Shown here piece after piece: positions 42,120 through 51,098 of a DNA stretch of 64,000 nt. Source of the DNA: an uncultured Acidobacteriota bacterium (GTDB lineage Bacteria; Acidobacteriota; Thermoanaerobaculia; Multivoradales; UBA5704). How positions within the stretch are numbered: position 1 is the first letter of the stretch; every line of letters begins with the position of its first letter. The notes under the pieces were generated by a model. The model saw nothing but the letters and a program-made list of their open reading frames with translations, was not told where the DNA came from and made no database searches. The position numbers were made by a program, and so were the translations under genes. The stretch covers positions 4,832,001 to 4,896,000 of the forward strand of contig OY969474.1 of the NCBI GenBank assembly GCA_963700145.1. The letters are read 5' to 3'.

Positions 42120-42452
42120 ATGGGCACCGCGAACCCCAGCGAGCGAGAAGAGATCCAGCAGATGATCCGGCGGATCGTCAGTCGGTTTCGTCCCGAGAGA
42201 ATCATCCTCTTCGGGTCGCATGCGCGTGGCGATGCGGGCCCCGACAGCGACGTCGATCTTCTCGTCGTCATGCCAGTGGAAGGATCGAGGCGAGAGAAGG
42301 CGGTGGAGATCGGCGTTGCGCTCCAGGACATCCGGCTCCCGAAGGACATCATCGTCACCACTCCGGAGGCCTTCGAAGCCCGCAGCGAGATCCCCGGCAC
42401 GATCGAGCGGCTGTCAGCGAGGGAGGGAAGAGTTCTGTATGCCCGCGGGTAA
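42120..42452 (+). CDS. Minimal nucleotidyltransferase (MNT antitoxin type)
   Basis: ILFGSHARGDAGPDSDVDLLV motif and C-terminal EGRVLY. Confidence 0.85.
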   Translation: MGTANPSEREEIQQMIRRIVSRFRPERIILFGSHARGDAGPDSDVDLLVVMPVEGSRREKAVEIGVALQDIRLPKDIIVTTPEAFEARSEIPGTIERLSAREGRVLYARG

Positions 42453-42758
42453 GAGCGGCACGACCTACCAGCACATCGTCCTCGACGAGAGCGGGTTCCC
42501 TGGATCGTTGGGGCGAACACCAGGATCGTCGAGCTCGTCTCGGAGGTCCAGGCCTACGGCTGGAGCCCTGCGGAGCTGCACTTCCAGCACCCGCACCTGA
42601 GCCTCGGCCAGATCCATTCGGCCCTGGCGTACTACTGGGACCACAAGGACGAGATCGACGCGGACGTACAGCGGCGTTTTGAGGAGGCCGAGACCCTGCG
42701 GCGCAACGCGGAGCCCTACCCCGTGGTGCGGGAGCTGCGGGCGCGTGGTCTCCTCTGA
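42439..42758 (+). CDS. DUF433 antitoxin-like protein, frameshift at about 42493-42495
   Basis: YQHIVLDESG, then in the shifted frame PWIVGANTRIVELV...GWSPAELHFQHPHLSLGQIHSALAYYWDH. Confidence 0.75.
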
Positions 42759-42850
42759 TGGGCGTCTGCGTGGACGACCTGGAGCTGATCGCCAAGACGC
42801 ACGAGCCCGAGGATCTACTAGGTCGTGCGGAGTACCTCCCGGTTTCCTGA
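42758..42850 (+). pseudogene. Internally deleted DUF5615/PIN-like toxin remnant
   Basis: TGATG-coupled 30-aa ORF MGVCVDDLELIAKTHEPEDLLGRAEYLPVS. It resembles only the C-terminus of DUF433-partner PIN proteins. Confidence 0.55.
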
Positions 42851-42861
42851 CGAACCTGCTG

Positions 42862-43113
42862 TCACGCGCGTACTGCCGCACCAGGTTCGGCGAACAGCTC
42901 TCCGAGCCCGCGGAACGGGTACTGGCCACCCTTGAGCAGCCATCGGGTGAAGAAGAGGACCTCGAGGTTCTCCACGGCGCCGGTGTGCGGGTTCCGGCGG
43001 GCCGCGACGTTGTAGGCGAGCTGCTCGGTGTCCTGCTCGGGGTAGGGCGGAACCTTGCTGATGTAGAGGATGTCGCCAGCCTCGTCGTAATCGAAGTTCA
43101 ACGGCGTTTCCAT
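42862..43113 (-). CDS. DUF2283 antitoxin-like protein
   Basis: FDYDEAGDILYI and GAVENLEVL motifs. Confidence 0.75.
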   Translation of the reverse strand: METPLNFDYDEAGDILYISKVPPYPEQDTEQLAYNVAARRNPHTGAVENLEVLFFTRWLLKGGQYPFRGLGELFAEPGAAVRA

Positions 43114-43460
43114 TCGACATCTCCTCTGGGCGGTCGGCGCGCGACGAATGCGGTGACGATCCAATGCCTGAGATTCGGCGGCTCGGCCGAGACGACGGCT
43201 ACGACCACGTTCTTGCCGTCCAGCAGCTCGCCGTACCAGCGGATGAAGAGCCGCGTGCCCGGGTAATCGGTGTCCGTTCGGACTTCATCTGGGTCGGTGA
43301 CTGTCTGCTCGACACGAGTGCGCTGCGCCGGCAGCAGCTCCGGGTGGCGTTCGGCGATATGCCGCGCCCGCTCGTCGGTCCATTCTACTTCCCCATCGAG
43401 GTAGGGGCACGGCAGCCGCACGCCCGGCGAGTCCGCGCCGGGAGCGGGCGATGTCTTCAA
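43098..43460 (-). CDS. Small RelE/BrnT/BECR-fold toxin-like protein
   Basis: TDERARHIAERHPEL, TVTDPDEV and WIVTAF motifs; overlaps the DUF2283 gene. Confidence 0.6.
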   Translation of the reverse strand: MKTSPAPGADSPGVRLPCPYLDGEVEWTDERARHIAERHPELLPAQRTRVEQTVTDPDEVRTDTDYPGTRLFIRWYGELLDGKNVVVAVVSAEPPNLRHWIVTAFVARRPPRGDVEWKRR

Positions 43461-44086
43461 GCGAGCCTCACTTCACTCTCGTCACCGAGGAGCCAAAGCT
43501 TCGGTTGCGCCAGCACTCGGGTCACGAACGTGTTCTCCTGGCTCACGCGTTGGGACAGCTCCTCCGAGGAATAGACCGTCAGGGCGACCTTGCGGCCGAG
43601 CTGCGCGGAAGCCTCTTCTAGGGCGGCGAACAGATCGGCATAGGTGAGACGGTCGCTGATCACCATCAGGTCGATGTCACTCGCGGCGTTGTCCTCGCCC
43701 TTGGCGATCGACCCGTAGATGAAAGCCGCCCGGATGCTCGGCGAGACGGGCGCCAGCGCCGCGCGGAGAACGTCGGCGAGCCCCACGGTCTTGAGCACCA
43801 GGGCTCGCAACTCCTCGAACACCGGCGAGGCGGCGTTAGCCTGGTAGTGCTTCTGCTTGCCGACGCGGGTGACGGTCACCAGGCCCGACGCCTCCAGCCG
43901 GGCGAGCTCTCGTTGCACGGCGCCGGTGCCCGAGCGTGCCAGGGCGATCACCTCGTTGGCGTAAAAGCTCCGCCGGGGATTGCCGAAGAGCACCGCCAGC
44001 ACGCGCTGCTGCACCTTGGCGAACAATGCGTCGGCCAGACCGGGGCTCTCCGGCTTGGGCCGTCGCGAGGCGGGATTCATTCCCAT
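43457..44086 (-). CDS. wHTH + nucleotidyltransferase (MNT-type antitoxin)
   Basis: GAVQRELARLEASGLV helix-turn-helix and FIYGSIAKGEDNAASDIDLMV motifs. Confidence 0.85.
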   Translation of the reverse strand: MGMNPASRRPKPESPGLADALFAKVQQRVLAVLFGNPRRSFYANEVIALARSGTGAVQRELARLEASGLVTVTRVGKQKHYQANAASPVFEELRALVLKTVGLADVLRAALAPVSPSIRAAFIYGSIAKGEDNAASDIDLMVISDRLTYADLFAALEEASAQLGRKVALTVYSSEELSQRVSQENTFVTRVLAQPKLWLLGDESEVRLA

Positions 44087-44206
44087 GGTGGGTATGATAA
44101 ACCCCGTTCTGGGTATGTCAAGCAGGCGGAGGGCCAGCTGAGCGGCTGGACCTCGTTCCGGGCGGTCCGCGCCGCTAAGTCTTTGCCTGCAAAGGCTTTC
44201 TTCTCC

Positions 44207-44458
44207 CTAGAAGATATTGTATCAGGGCCAGAGGAAACATCCTCTAGGCCAGAGGAAACAATTTCCGGACCGGAGGAAACATCCTTCGGACCGGAGGAAA
44301 CATCCTTTGGGACAGAGGAAACAATTCCTAGACCGGAGGAAACATCCTCTGAGACAGAGGAAACATTTCCTGAGACAGAGGAAACATCCTCTGGCCTAGA
44401 GGAAACATCCTTTGGTCCGGAGGATGTTTCCTCCGGTCCGGATACAGCATCTCCAGGC
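44207..44458. repeat. 21-bp tandem array of palindromic units (12 units including degenerate ends)
   Basis: Consensus cc(a/g)gaggaaacatcctctgg. Units start at 44228 + 21n, and nine carry gaggaaaca. Confidence 0.92.
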
Positions 44459-44503
44459 GCCCAGGACCTTCCCGCGGGGGCTCGCGGAGCTCCCGCGGCG
44501 GGG

Positions 44504-44776
44504 CTAGTACTCCGTCATCGTGTCGTCGGGGTAGCAGTAGAGCCAGCGCTCTTCGGGCTCGGCGGAGGCGATCACCGGGTGGCCGGAGAGGTGGGCGTGG
44601 CGGGTGGCGTGGCGGTTGGGGGAGGCGTCGCAGCAGAGGGTGGCGGCGCAGGTCTGGCAGGTGCGGAGGTGGACCCAGGGGTCGCCGGTCTTGATGCACT
44701 CCTCGCAGACGCGCCGCCGGGGCCACTTGATCTGCTCGACGCTCGCCAGGTGCTCGCAGACCGCCAGCGGGTCCAT
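44504..44776 (-). CDS. UBP-type zinc finger protein
   Basis: CEHL, CEEC, WVHLRTCQTC, CCDASPNRHATRH and WLYCYPDD motifs. Confidence 0.9.
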   Translation of the reverse strand: MDPLAVCEHLASVEQIKWPRRRVCEECIKTGDPWVHLRTCQTCAATLCCDASPNRHATRHAHLSGHPVIASAEPEERWLYCYPDDTMTEY

Positions 44777-44788
44777 CGCCCCCTCCGT

Positions 44789-45625
44789 TTAGGCCGTGCG
44801 CTCGACCGCGGCGAAGAAGCAATCGCCGAGCCACAGGCGGAGCCAGCTGCGCAGGACGGCGGGGTCGATCGGCTCCGGGACGTCGAGGGCGGCGAGGGCC
44901 TCGCCCAGGGTGCGCCGGCCGTCGAGGGCGGCGAGGAGGGCGTGCTGGTCGGTGAAGAGGGGGTGGAAGCGCACCCGGTAGTCGCGGCGGCTGACGGCGA
45001 GCGGGGTGGCGCGCGGGGCGGGGAGCGCGGGCGCTTCTCCGCGGTGGACGGCGGCGACGTAGTCGTGCACCGGGAAGTCGAAGCGGTAGAGCCGCAGGCA
45101 GGGCGCCGGAACGAAGCGGGCGGCGAGCAGGGCGGCCCGCGGCAGGGCGAGGATCTCCGCCGCGGGCCCCGGCGCCCCCTCCAGGCCGGGGCCGTCGTAG
45201 ACCTCCTGGCATGCCAGCTCGAGGGTGGCGAGCTCGACCAGGAGGTCGGCCCAGGGGGCGCGCTCCGCCGCCGGCCAGTCGGCGTCCGGGCGCGTGGCCG
45301 CGAGGTAGCCGGGGAAGGCGTCGGCCAGGCGCCCCAGGGTGTAGCCCGACGGCGGATGGCGGGCGAGATAGTCGGCGGCGAAGCGGTCGAAGAGCGGCTC
45401 GCCCAGGGCGTGCCGCAGCGCCGGGAAGACGGCGCGCAGGCACTCCAGGAGGCGCGCCTGGTAGGAGCGCTGGTAGATGCCGAGCCGCTCGGCGGCGGTC
45501 TGGGTCGCCGAGGCGGTGAGGACGCCGGCGGTGTCGGGCCCCGGCGGGCCGTCCGGCCGGGTGATCGCCGCCTGCAGCCAGCGCTGCCGCCGCGCCAGCT
45601 CGGGCGCCGGCTCCGGCTCGGTCAC
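44789..45625 (-). CDS. DUF2063 (HvfC/BufC-like) MNIO partner protein
   Basis: [25 protein letters not shown]...YLARHPP and LATLE motifs. The GTG start overlaps the DUF692 stop. Confidence 0.85.
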   Translation of the reverse strand: MTEPEPAPELARRQRWLQAAITRPDGPPGPDTAGVLTASATQTAAERLGIYQRSYQARLLECLRAVFPALRHALGEPLFDRFAADYLARHPPSGYTLGRLADAFPGYLAATRPDADWPAAERAPWADLLVELATLELACQEVYDGPGLEGAPGPAAEILALPRAALLAARFVPAPCLRLYRFDFPVHDYVAAVHRGEAPALPAPRATPLAVSRRDYRVRFHPLFTDQHALLAALDGRRTLGEALAALDVPEPIDPAVLRSWLRLWLGDCFFAAVERTA

Positions 45626-46557
45626 CCGAGCTCCGGCGCGACGAGGTGGGGCGGGTTGGAGAGCGGGAAGCCTGGCGCGCCGGACGCCGCGGCCCCGTCC
45701 ACCGCGCCGTCCCCATCCACCGCCGGCACCGCCGCCCCGCGCGCCCAGTCCCGCGCCTTCAGCACCTCGGCGTGGAGCACCGGGAAGGGCGGGATCCTGG
45801 CGTCCCACTCGAGCAGCGTCGCCACCCCGCGCGTCCTACCGTAGGCCAGCCGGTAGAGCTCCCAGACGCGGTCGACGACCGCGCCGTCGTGGGTGTCCAC
45901 GAGGTGGGTGCCGCAGTGCGTGTGGCCGGCGAGGTGGAACTGCACGATGCGCTCGGCCGGCACCGCCGCGACGTAGACCCGCGGGTCGAAGCCGTGGTTG
46001 ACGCTCGAGACGTAGACGTTGTTGACGTCGAGGAGCAGGCCGCAGCCGGTCTCCTCGCTCATGGCGCGCAGGAACTCCCACTCCGCGAGCGTGTCGGAGG
46101 TGAAGCTGACGTAGGTGCTCGGGTTCTCGAGCACCAGCGGCCGCTCCAGGAAGTCCTGCACCGTGCGGATGCGCCCGACGACGTGGCGCAGGGACTCCTC
46201 GTCGAGCGGCATCGGCAGGAGGTCGTGGGTGGTGCGGCCGAGGACGCCGGTCCAGCAGAGGTGGTCGGAGACCCAGGCCGGCCGCACGGCGGCGGCGAGG
46301 GTCTTGAGCTTGCCGAGGTAGGCGAAGTCGAGCGGGTCGCTGCTGCCGATCGAGAGCGACACGCCGTGCATGACCACCGGGTAGCGCTCGGCGATGCGGT
46401 CGAGCACCCAGCGCGGCCGGCCGGCCGAGTCGATGAAGTTCTCGGAGATGACCTCGAACCAGTCGACCGCCGGCCAGTGCTCGAGGATGTGGTCGAAGTG
46501 GATGTTGCGCAGCCCGACGCCGAAGCCGAGGTCGGGCAGGCCCAGCCGGTGCTCCAC
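45622..46557 (-). CDS. DUF692 multinuclear non-heme iron oxidase (MNIO)
   Basis: [59 protein letters not shown] and LEWD motifs. Confidence 0.95.
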   Translation of the reverse strand: MEHRLGLPDLGFGVGLRNIHFDHILEHWPAVDWFEVISENFIDSAGRPRWVLDRIAERYPVVMHGVSLSIGSSDPLDFAYLGKLKTLAAAVRPAWVSDHLCWTGVLGRTTHDLLPMPLDEESLRHVVGRIRTVQDFLERPLVLENPSTYVSFTSDTLAEWEFLRAMSEETGCGLLLDVNNVYVSSVNHGFDPRVYVAAVPAERIVQFHLAGHTHCGTHLVDTHDGAVVDRVWELYRLAYGRTRGVATLLEWDARIPPFPVLHAEVLKARDWARGAAVPAVDGDGAVDGAAASGAPGFPLSNPPHLVAPELG

Positions 46558-46568
46558 GATCGCCGGCC

Positions 46569-48278
46569 CTAGCTCGGCGGCAGGACGAGCCGCAGGTTGG
46601 TCGGGGCGGCGGGCGGCTTCGCGTCGGGGTACGTCACCGCGAAGATCTTCCAGGCCGTGTCCCAGACGTTGTCGCCGGCCTTGAAAGTGATGCTCTCGTA
46701 CGTCCACTGCGTGCTGGGGTCCTTGGAGTTGAAGACCTGCGCCACCGGGATCGGCGCGCCGCAGCCGCCATTGCTTTGAGCGGTATTGACGCTCGGGAAG
46801 CTGCTCGGCGGGCTGGGGTAGCCGCAACCGCCCTGCTGACTGCAACTGTTGGCCCCGCTGCAGGTGTGGATGATCGCGTTGGCGCACGTGTTCTGGCCCG
46901 GAGCGTCGGGAGCGAGGCCCTGGCAGGCGTGGGGCGGGCGCCCGGGGTAGGGGAGGCCGCCCGTGGTGTCGACCCGCTTGAAGGCCGGCACGCCGTGGGC
47001 CGCCCAGACCGCGGCGACGCGGGTGTAGAGCGCCTGCATCGCGGCGTAGGGGAAGAGGTCGTCGGCGTCGATGTCGGTGCCCTGGCGGTTGCGCCACCGC
47101 GGGTCCTTCCAGCTCGCCTCGATCGCCAGCAGCAGGCTGCTGTAGCTCTGGTTGAGCGCGTCGTTGATCTGGCCGGCGGTCGCGGGGTCGTTGAGCGCGG
47201 CGGCGCGCTGCGCGGCGAACTGCTTGGTCGCCGCGTCGACGTGGTCGGGGTCGGTCACCAGGTCCTGCCACGTCCACCCGGCCGCGCCGCGCACCTGCCA
47301 CCACTGCGGCCAGGTCTCGATCTCGGGCAGCCAGAGCACGACCTGCTGGAAGCGCTCGAAGTGGCCGAGCTGGTCCCAGAGGTGGCGGACCGCCGCGTCG
47401 TCGGCATTGTAATCGGCCTTCATGCTCTCCTCGGACGGCACGTACTTGTCGTCCACCGGCAGGGTGCCGACGTCCGCGTCGCGCCCTTCGCCCTGCTCGG
47501 TGATCGCCGCGATCATCGTGTCGGCGATCTTTCGCGCGTCGGCCGCCGGCACCCCCAGCGGGAAGAAGACGTCGAACCCCGGGTACTCCTCGTCGGGGTG
47601 CCACTCGTCGGGGTCGGTGAAGTTGAAGAGGTCGATCTGGATCGACTGCGGGTCGTAGACCTTCTCCCAGAGGGTGACGGCGCCGCCGGCGCCCGGGTAG
47701 GTGAGGTCGAAGTACTCCTGGATGCACTCGTAGAGGTGGCCGATGGTGCCGAAGACCGGCAGCGGGTCGCCCGTCTTCCAGCCGGCGAACGGCACCGCGG
47801 GCCGCTTCGTCGGGCTGTCCCAGTCGGGGTTCTCGATCGCCAGGAAGAGGCGCACCTGGTTACGGTCGACCGGCCCGAGCACGACGCGGACATCCTCGTA
47901 GCCGGGCATGTCCTTGAGGTCGCCGATGCAGGGGACGGTGGTGCCGTCGTAGGTGGGCGCGTTCATCTTCGGCGCCACGCCCATCGCGCTCGCCAGGTTG
48001 CCGGCGAGCTGCAGGTGGAGCATCTCCTGCACGTAGACCGAGAAGATGGTGTTGTAGGCGAGCTGGTTGAAGGTGACGACGGTGGCGAACGGCCGCAGCC
48101 CCGGCCAGAGGTTCGGCCCCGGCGAGGGCGCGGCGTAGGTGCCCTGGAGGGAGTAGAGGGCCGTCATGTAGAGCGGGATCGTGAACAGCTCCACGTCCAC
48201 CGCCGACTGGATCAGCGCGTGGAGGGCGGCGGTGTCGGTCGGCAGGTCTTCGGGACAGCGGGTCGGGGTCGGGCTCAT
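46569..48278 (-). CDS. VioB-type ferritin-like domain protein with a C-terminal Cys-rich MNIO-precursor-like tail
   Basis: [32 protein letters not shown] and HFERF motifs. The tail reads [28 protein letters not shown]. Confidence 0.8.
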   Translation of the reverse strand: MSPTPTRCPEDLPTDTAALHALIQSAVDVELFTIPLYMTALYSLQGTYAAPSPGPNLWPGLRPFATVVTFNQLAYNTIFSVYVQEMLHLQLAGNLASAMGVAPKMNAPTYDGTTVPCIGDLKDMPGYEDVRVVLGPVDRNQVRLFLAIENPDWDSPTKRPAVPFAGWKTGDPLPVFGTIGHLYECIQEYFDLTYPGAGGAVTLWEKVYDPQSIQIDLFNFTDPDEWHPDEEYPGFDVFFPLGVPAADARKIADTMIAAITEQGEGRDADVGTLPVDDKYVPSEESMKADYNADDAAVRHLWDQLGHFERFQQVVLWLPEIETWPQWWQVRGAAGWTWQDLVTDPDHVDAATKQFAAQRAAALNDPATAGQINDALNQSYSSLLLAIEASWKDPRWRNRQGTDIDADDLFPYAAMQALYTRVAAVWAAHGVPAFKRVDTTGGLPYPGRPPHACQGLAPDAPGQNTCANAIIHTCSGANSCSQQGGCGYPSPPSSFPSVNTAQSNGGCGAPIPVAQVFNSKDPSTQWTYESITFKAGDNVWDTAWKIFAVTYPDAKPPAAPTNLRLVLPPS

Positions 48279-48362
48279 CGCGGGCGGTCTCCTCTCCTGG
48301 CCTACGCAGTTGGGAAATCAATGGGTCGTGATGTCGCGGGAGTATAGGAGAATCCCGCCGCC

Positions 48363-49100
48363 GTGACCACGCTCTCGGTCAACCTCAACAAGGTCTGCCT
48401 GGTGCGCAACTCGCGCGGCGGGACGGTGCCGGACCTGGTCGAGGCGGCGCGGCTGGCGATCGCCGCCGGCTGCCGGGGGCTGACGCTGCACCCGCGCGCC
48501 GACGCCCGCCACGCGACGCTCGACGACGTCCGCCGGCTGGCCGCGATGCCGGAGGTGGCGGACGGGCGGATCGAGCTCAACGTCGAGGGGGACCTGCGGC
48601 CGGAGGTGATGGAGGTGGTGCGCGAGACGCGGGCGACGCAGTACACGGTCGTGCCGGTCACCCCCGGCGAGGTCACCAGCACCCGCGGCTGGCGGGCCAC
48701 CGACGACGGCGACGCCCTCCGCCGCGCGATCGACTCCTTCGCCGGCGCTACCCGCGTCAGCCTCTTCGTGGACGCCGAAGGGGAGGGGATCGACCTCGCC
48801 GCCGCCGCCGGGGCGGGCTGCGTCGAGCTCCACACCTTCGACTACGCGGCGGCCTACCCGACGCCGCGGCGCGACGAGGTGCTCGCCCGCTTCGTGCGCG
48901 CCGCCGAGCGGGCGCGGGGGCTCGGCCTGCGCGTCCACGCCGGCCACGACCTCGACCTCGAGAACCTCGGCCTCCTCGTCGAGCGCCTGCGTCCCGACGA
49001 GGTGTCGATCGGCCACGCGATCGTCTCCCAGGCGATCCTCACCGGCCTGCCGCTGGTCGTCGCGCGCTACGCCGCGATTACGGGCGCGAACGCGCCGTAG
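48363..49100 (+). CDS. pdxJ: Pyridoxine 5'-phosphate synthase
   Basis: LSVNLNKV..RNSRGG, LHPRADARH, NVEG, ELHT, AGHDL and SIGHA motifs. Confidence 0.82.
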   Translation: MTTLSVNLNKVCLVRNSRGGTVPDLVEAARLAIAAGCRGLTLHPRADARHATLDDVRRLAAMPEVADGRIELNVEGDLRPEVMEVVRETRATQYTVVPVTPGEVTSTRGWRATDDGDALRRAIDSFAGATRVSLFVDAEGEGIDLAAAAGAGCVELHTFDYAAAYPTPRRDEVLARFVRAAERARGLGLRVHAGHDLDLENLGLLVERLRPDEVSIGHAIVSQAILTGLPLVVARYAAITGANAP

Positions 49101-49207
49101 GTATTCCGCGCCGCGCCGTTCTTTCGCTGGTACGGGCGTTGCACCCTTACGCCTCTTGGCCCGGGCGGCCGGACGTTCGTGCCCGCCCGCATCAAGGAGG
49201 AACCATC

Positions 49208-49844
49208 ATGCGTAAGGCCTTGACCACACTCACTCTCGCCCTCAGCCTGCCCCTCGTCCTCGCCGCGACCGCCGACGCGAGCCCCGGCAAGGGGAAGGGC
49301 AAGGACAAGGACAAGGGCAAGCAGCAGAAGCAGGTCCTGAAGCACGACAAGCACGACGACGACCACGGCAAGCACGACGGCAACATGCGCTTCCACGGCA
49401 TCGACAAGAACAACGACGGCCGCATCACCCGCGCCGAGTGGCCGGGCAACGACGTCTCGTTCGACAACCACGACTGGAACGACGACGGCGTCCTCTCCGG
49501 TGACGAGGTGCGTCCGGGCGCCCGCCGCGACGATGACGACGACGAGGTGCCGTTCGATCGCTTCGAGGCCCTCGACCTCGACAACAACGGCGTCCTGACG
49601 CGCTCCGAGTGGCGGGGGAGCGCGGCGCTCTTCGACCGCCTCGACCGCAACGACGACGGCGCCATCAGCCGGCGCGAGTTCCTCGACCGCATCCTGACGG
49701 GCGACGACCGCTTCGGCCTGATGGACGTCAACGACGACGGGCGCATCTCCCGCGGCCGAGTGGCGCGGCACGGCGGCGGCCTTCGACAGCCTCGACCGCA
49801 ACGACGACGGCTTCCTGTCGCTCGCCGAGTTCCTCCGCCGCTAA
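49208..49844 (+). CDS. Secreted EF-hand repeat protein, frameshift at about 49754
   Basis: Signal peptide and repeated DxNxDGxIxRxEW loops. The last repeat continues in the shifted frame to TAA at 49844. Confidence 0.78.
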
Positions 49845-49925
49845 GGCGGAACGCAACCGGGACCTCCGGAGGGGGCGCGCGAGGAACGCGCCCCTTCCGG
49901 TTGGACCTACCCGAAGGAGGCCATC

Positions 49926-51009
49926 ATGGCCAGGCCAACGAAGCTCCTCCTTCCCCTGACCTTCACGATCCTTCTCGCCGCCGCCTTCGCCCCGCCCGCC
50001 GGGGCCGAGGTGACCGTCAGCTTCGGCGTCTTCTTCGACGGGCTCGCGCCCTACGGCGCCTGGACCAACCACCCGCGCCTCGGGATGGTGTGGTCGCCGG
50101 ACGTCGCGCCGGGGTGGCGGCCGTACAGCGACGGGCGCTGGGCGTTCGCGGCCGACGAGGGCTGGACCTGGCTCGGCGACGAGCCCTGGGCCTGGGCGCC
50201 CTACCACTACGGCAACTGGATGTTCGACCCGGTCGCCGGCTGGCTCTGGGTGCCGGGGTACGACGAGTGGGCGCCGGCGGTGGTGGACTGGCGGGTGACG
50301 GACGACTGGATCGGGTGGGCGCCGCGCCCGCTCAGCGCCAGCTGGATCGTCGGCCCGCGCCTGCTGCCGGTCCACTACACCTTCGTCGAGCGGCGCTTCT
50401 TCGCCGAGCCGATCCTGACGCGCTACATCGTGCCGGTCGGCCGCAACGTCGAGCTCTTCGCGTCGCGCGGCCGGTCCGCGTCGTCGACGTCGATTGGATC
50501 GAGCGCGCGGCCCGCGCCGGATCGAGCGCGTGCGGCTGCGGGACCTCAAGGCGCCGCGGGCGCTCCGGGGCGAGCTGCGCGCCGCGTCGCGGGGGCGCGA
50601 CCGCGTCGTCGTCGAGCCGCGGGAGCACGGCCGCCCGCGGGTGAAGGCCGCCAAAGCCGGCCGCCGGGTCGATCGCGGCCCGAAGATCGAACGGTCGGCC
50701 CCGCGCCGGGTCCGCGAGCTGCGGGCCGAGCGGCCGGGGCGGAGCCGCGACGTCCTTGAGCGGCGGAGCCGCGGTAAGGCGGAGAGCCGGGTCGGCGCGC
50801 GGCACGTCGAGCGGCGCCCCGCCGTCAAACAGTCGCCGCCGCGCAACGCCCGTGAGCAGCGGGCGACCGGGCGGACGCGCGGCGGGGGCCGCAGTGATGG
50901 CGGCCATCAGTTCGACCACGGGCCGCAGCGCCAGCACCAGCACGGCGCGCAGCGCGGCGGCGGCGGGAAGGGCGGCGGGAAGAAGGGCGGCGGCAAGCCC
51001 CCCCAATAG
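49926..51009 (+). CDS. DUF6600-like secreted protein with a basic low-complexity tail; two apparent frameshifts at about 50470 and 50515
   Basis: LAPYGAW, WRPYSDGRW, PWAWAPYHYGNW, WAPAVVDW and IGWAP motifs. Confidence 0.7.
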
Positions 51010-51098
51010 CCAACCTTTCCCTTCCGCGGCCGTAGAAGAGGGCTGGACGCTATACTCGCGCGCCCAGCCCTCTTCGTCTTCCTTCGGAGGCCCCACGC

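Noticed and set aside
44207-44458. CRISPR array
   Set aside because: The units are contiguous 21-mers with no unique spacers, and no cas genes are present.
40237-49100. Prophage or ICE integrated at tRNA-Thr
   Set aside because: No integrase, phage or conjugation genes were seen, and no duplicated tRNA 3' end.
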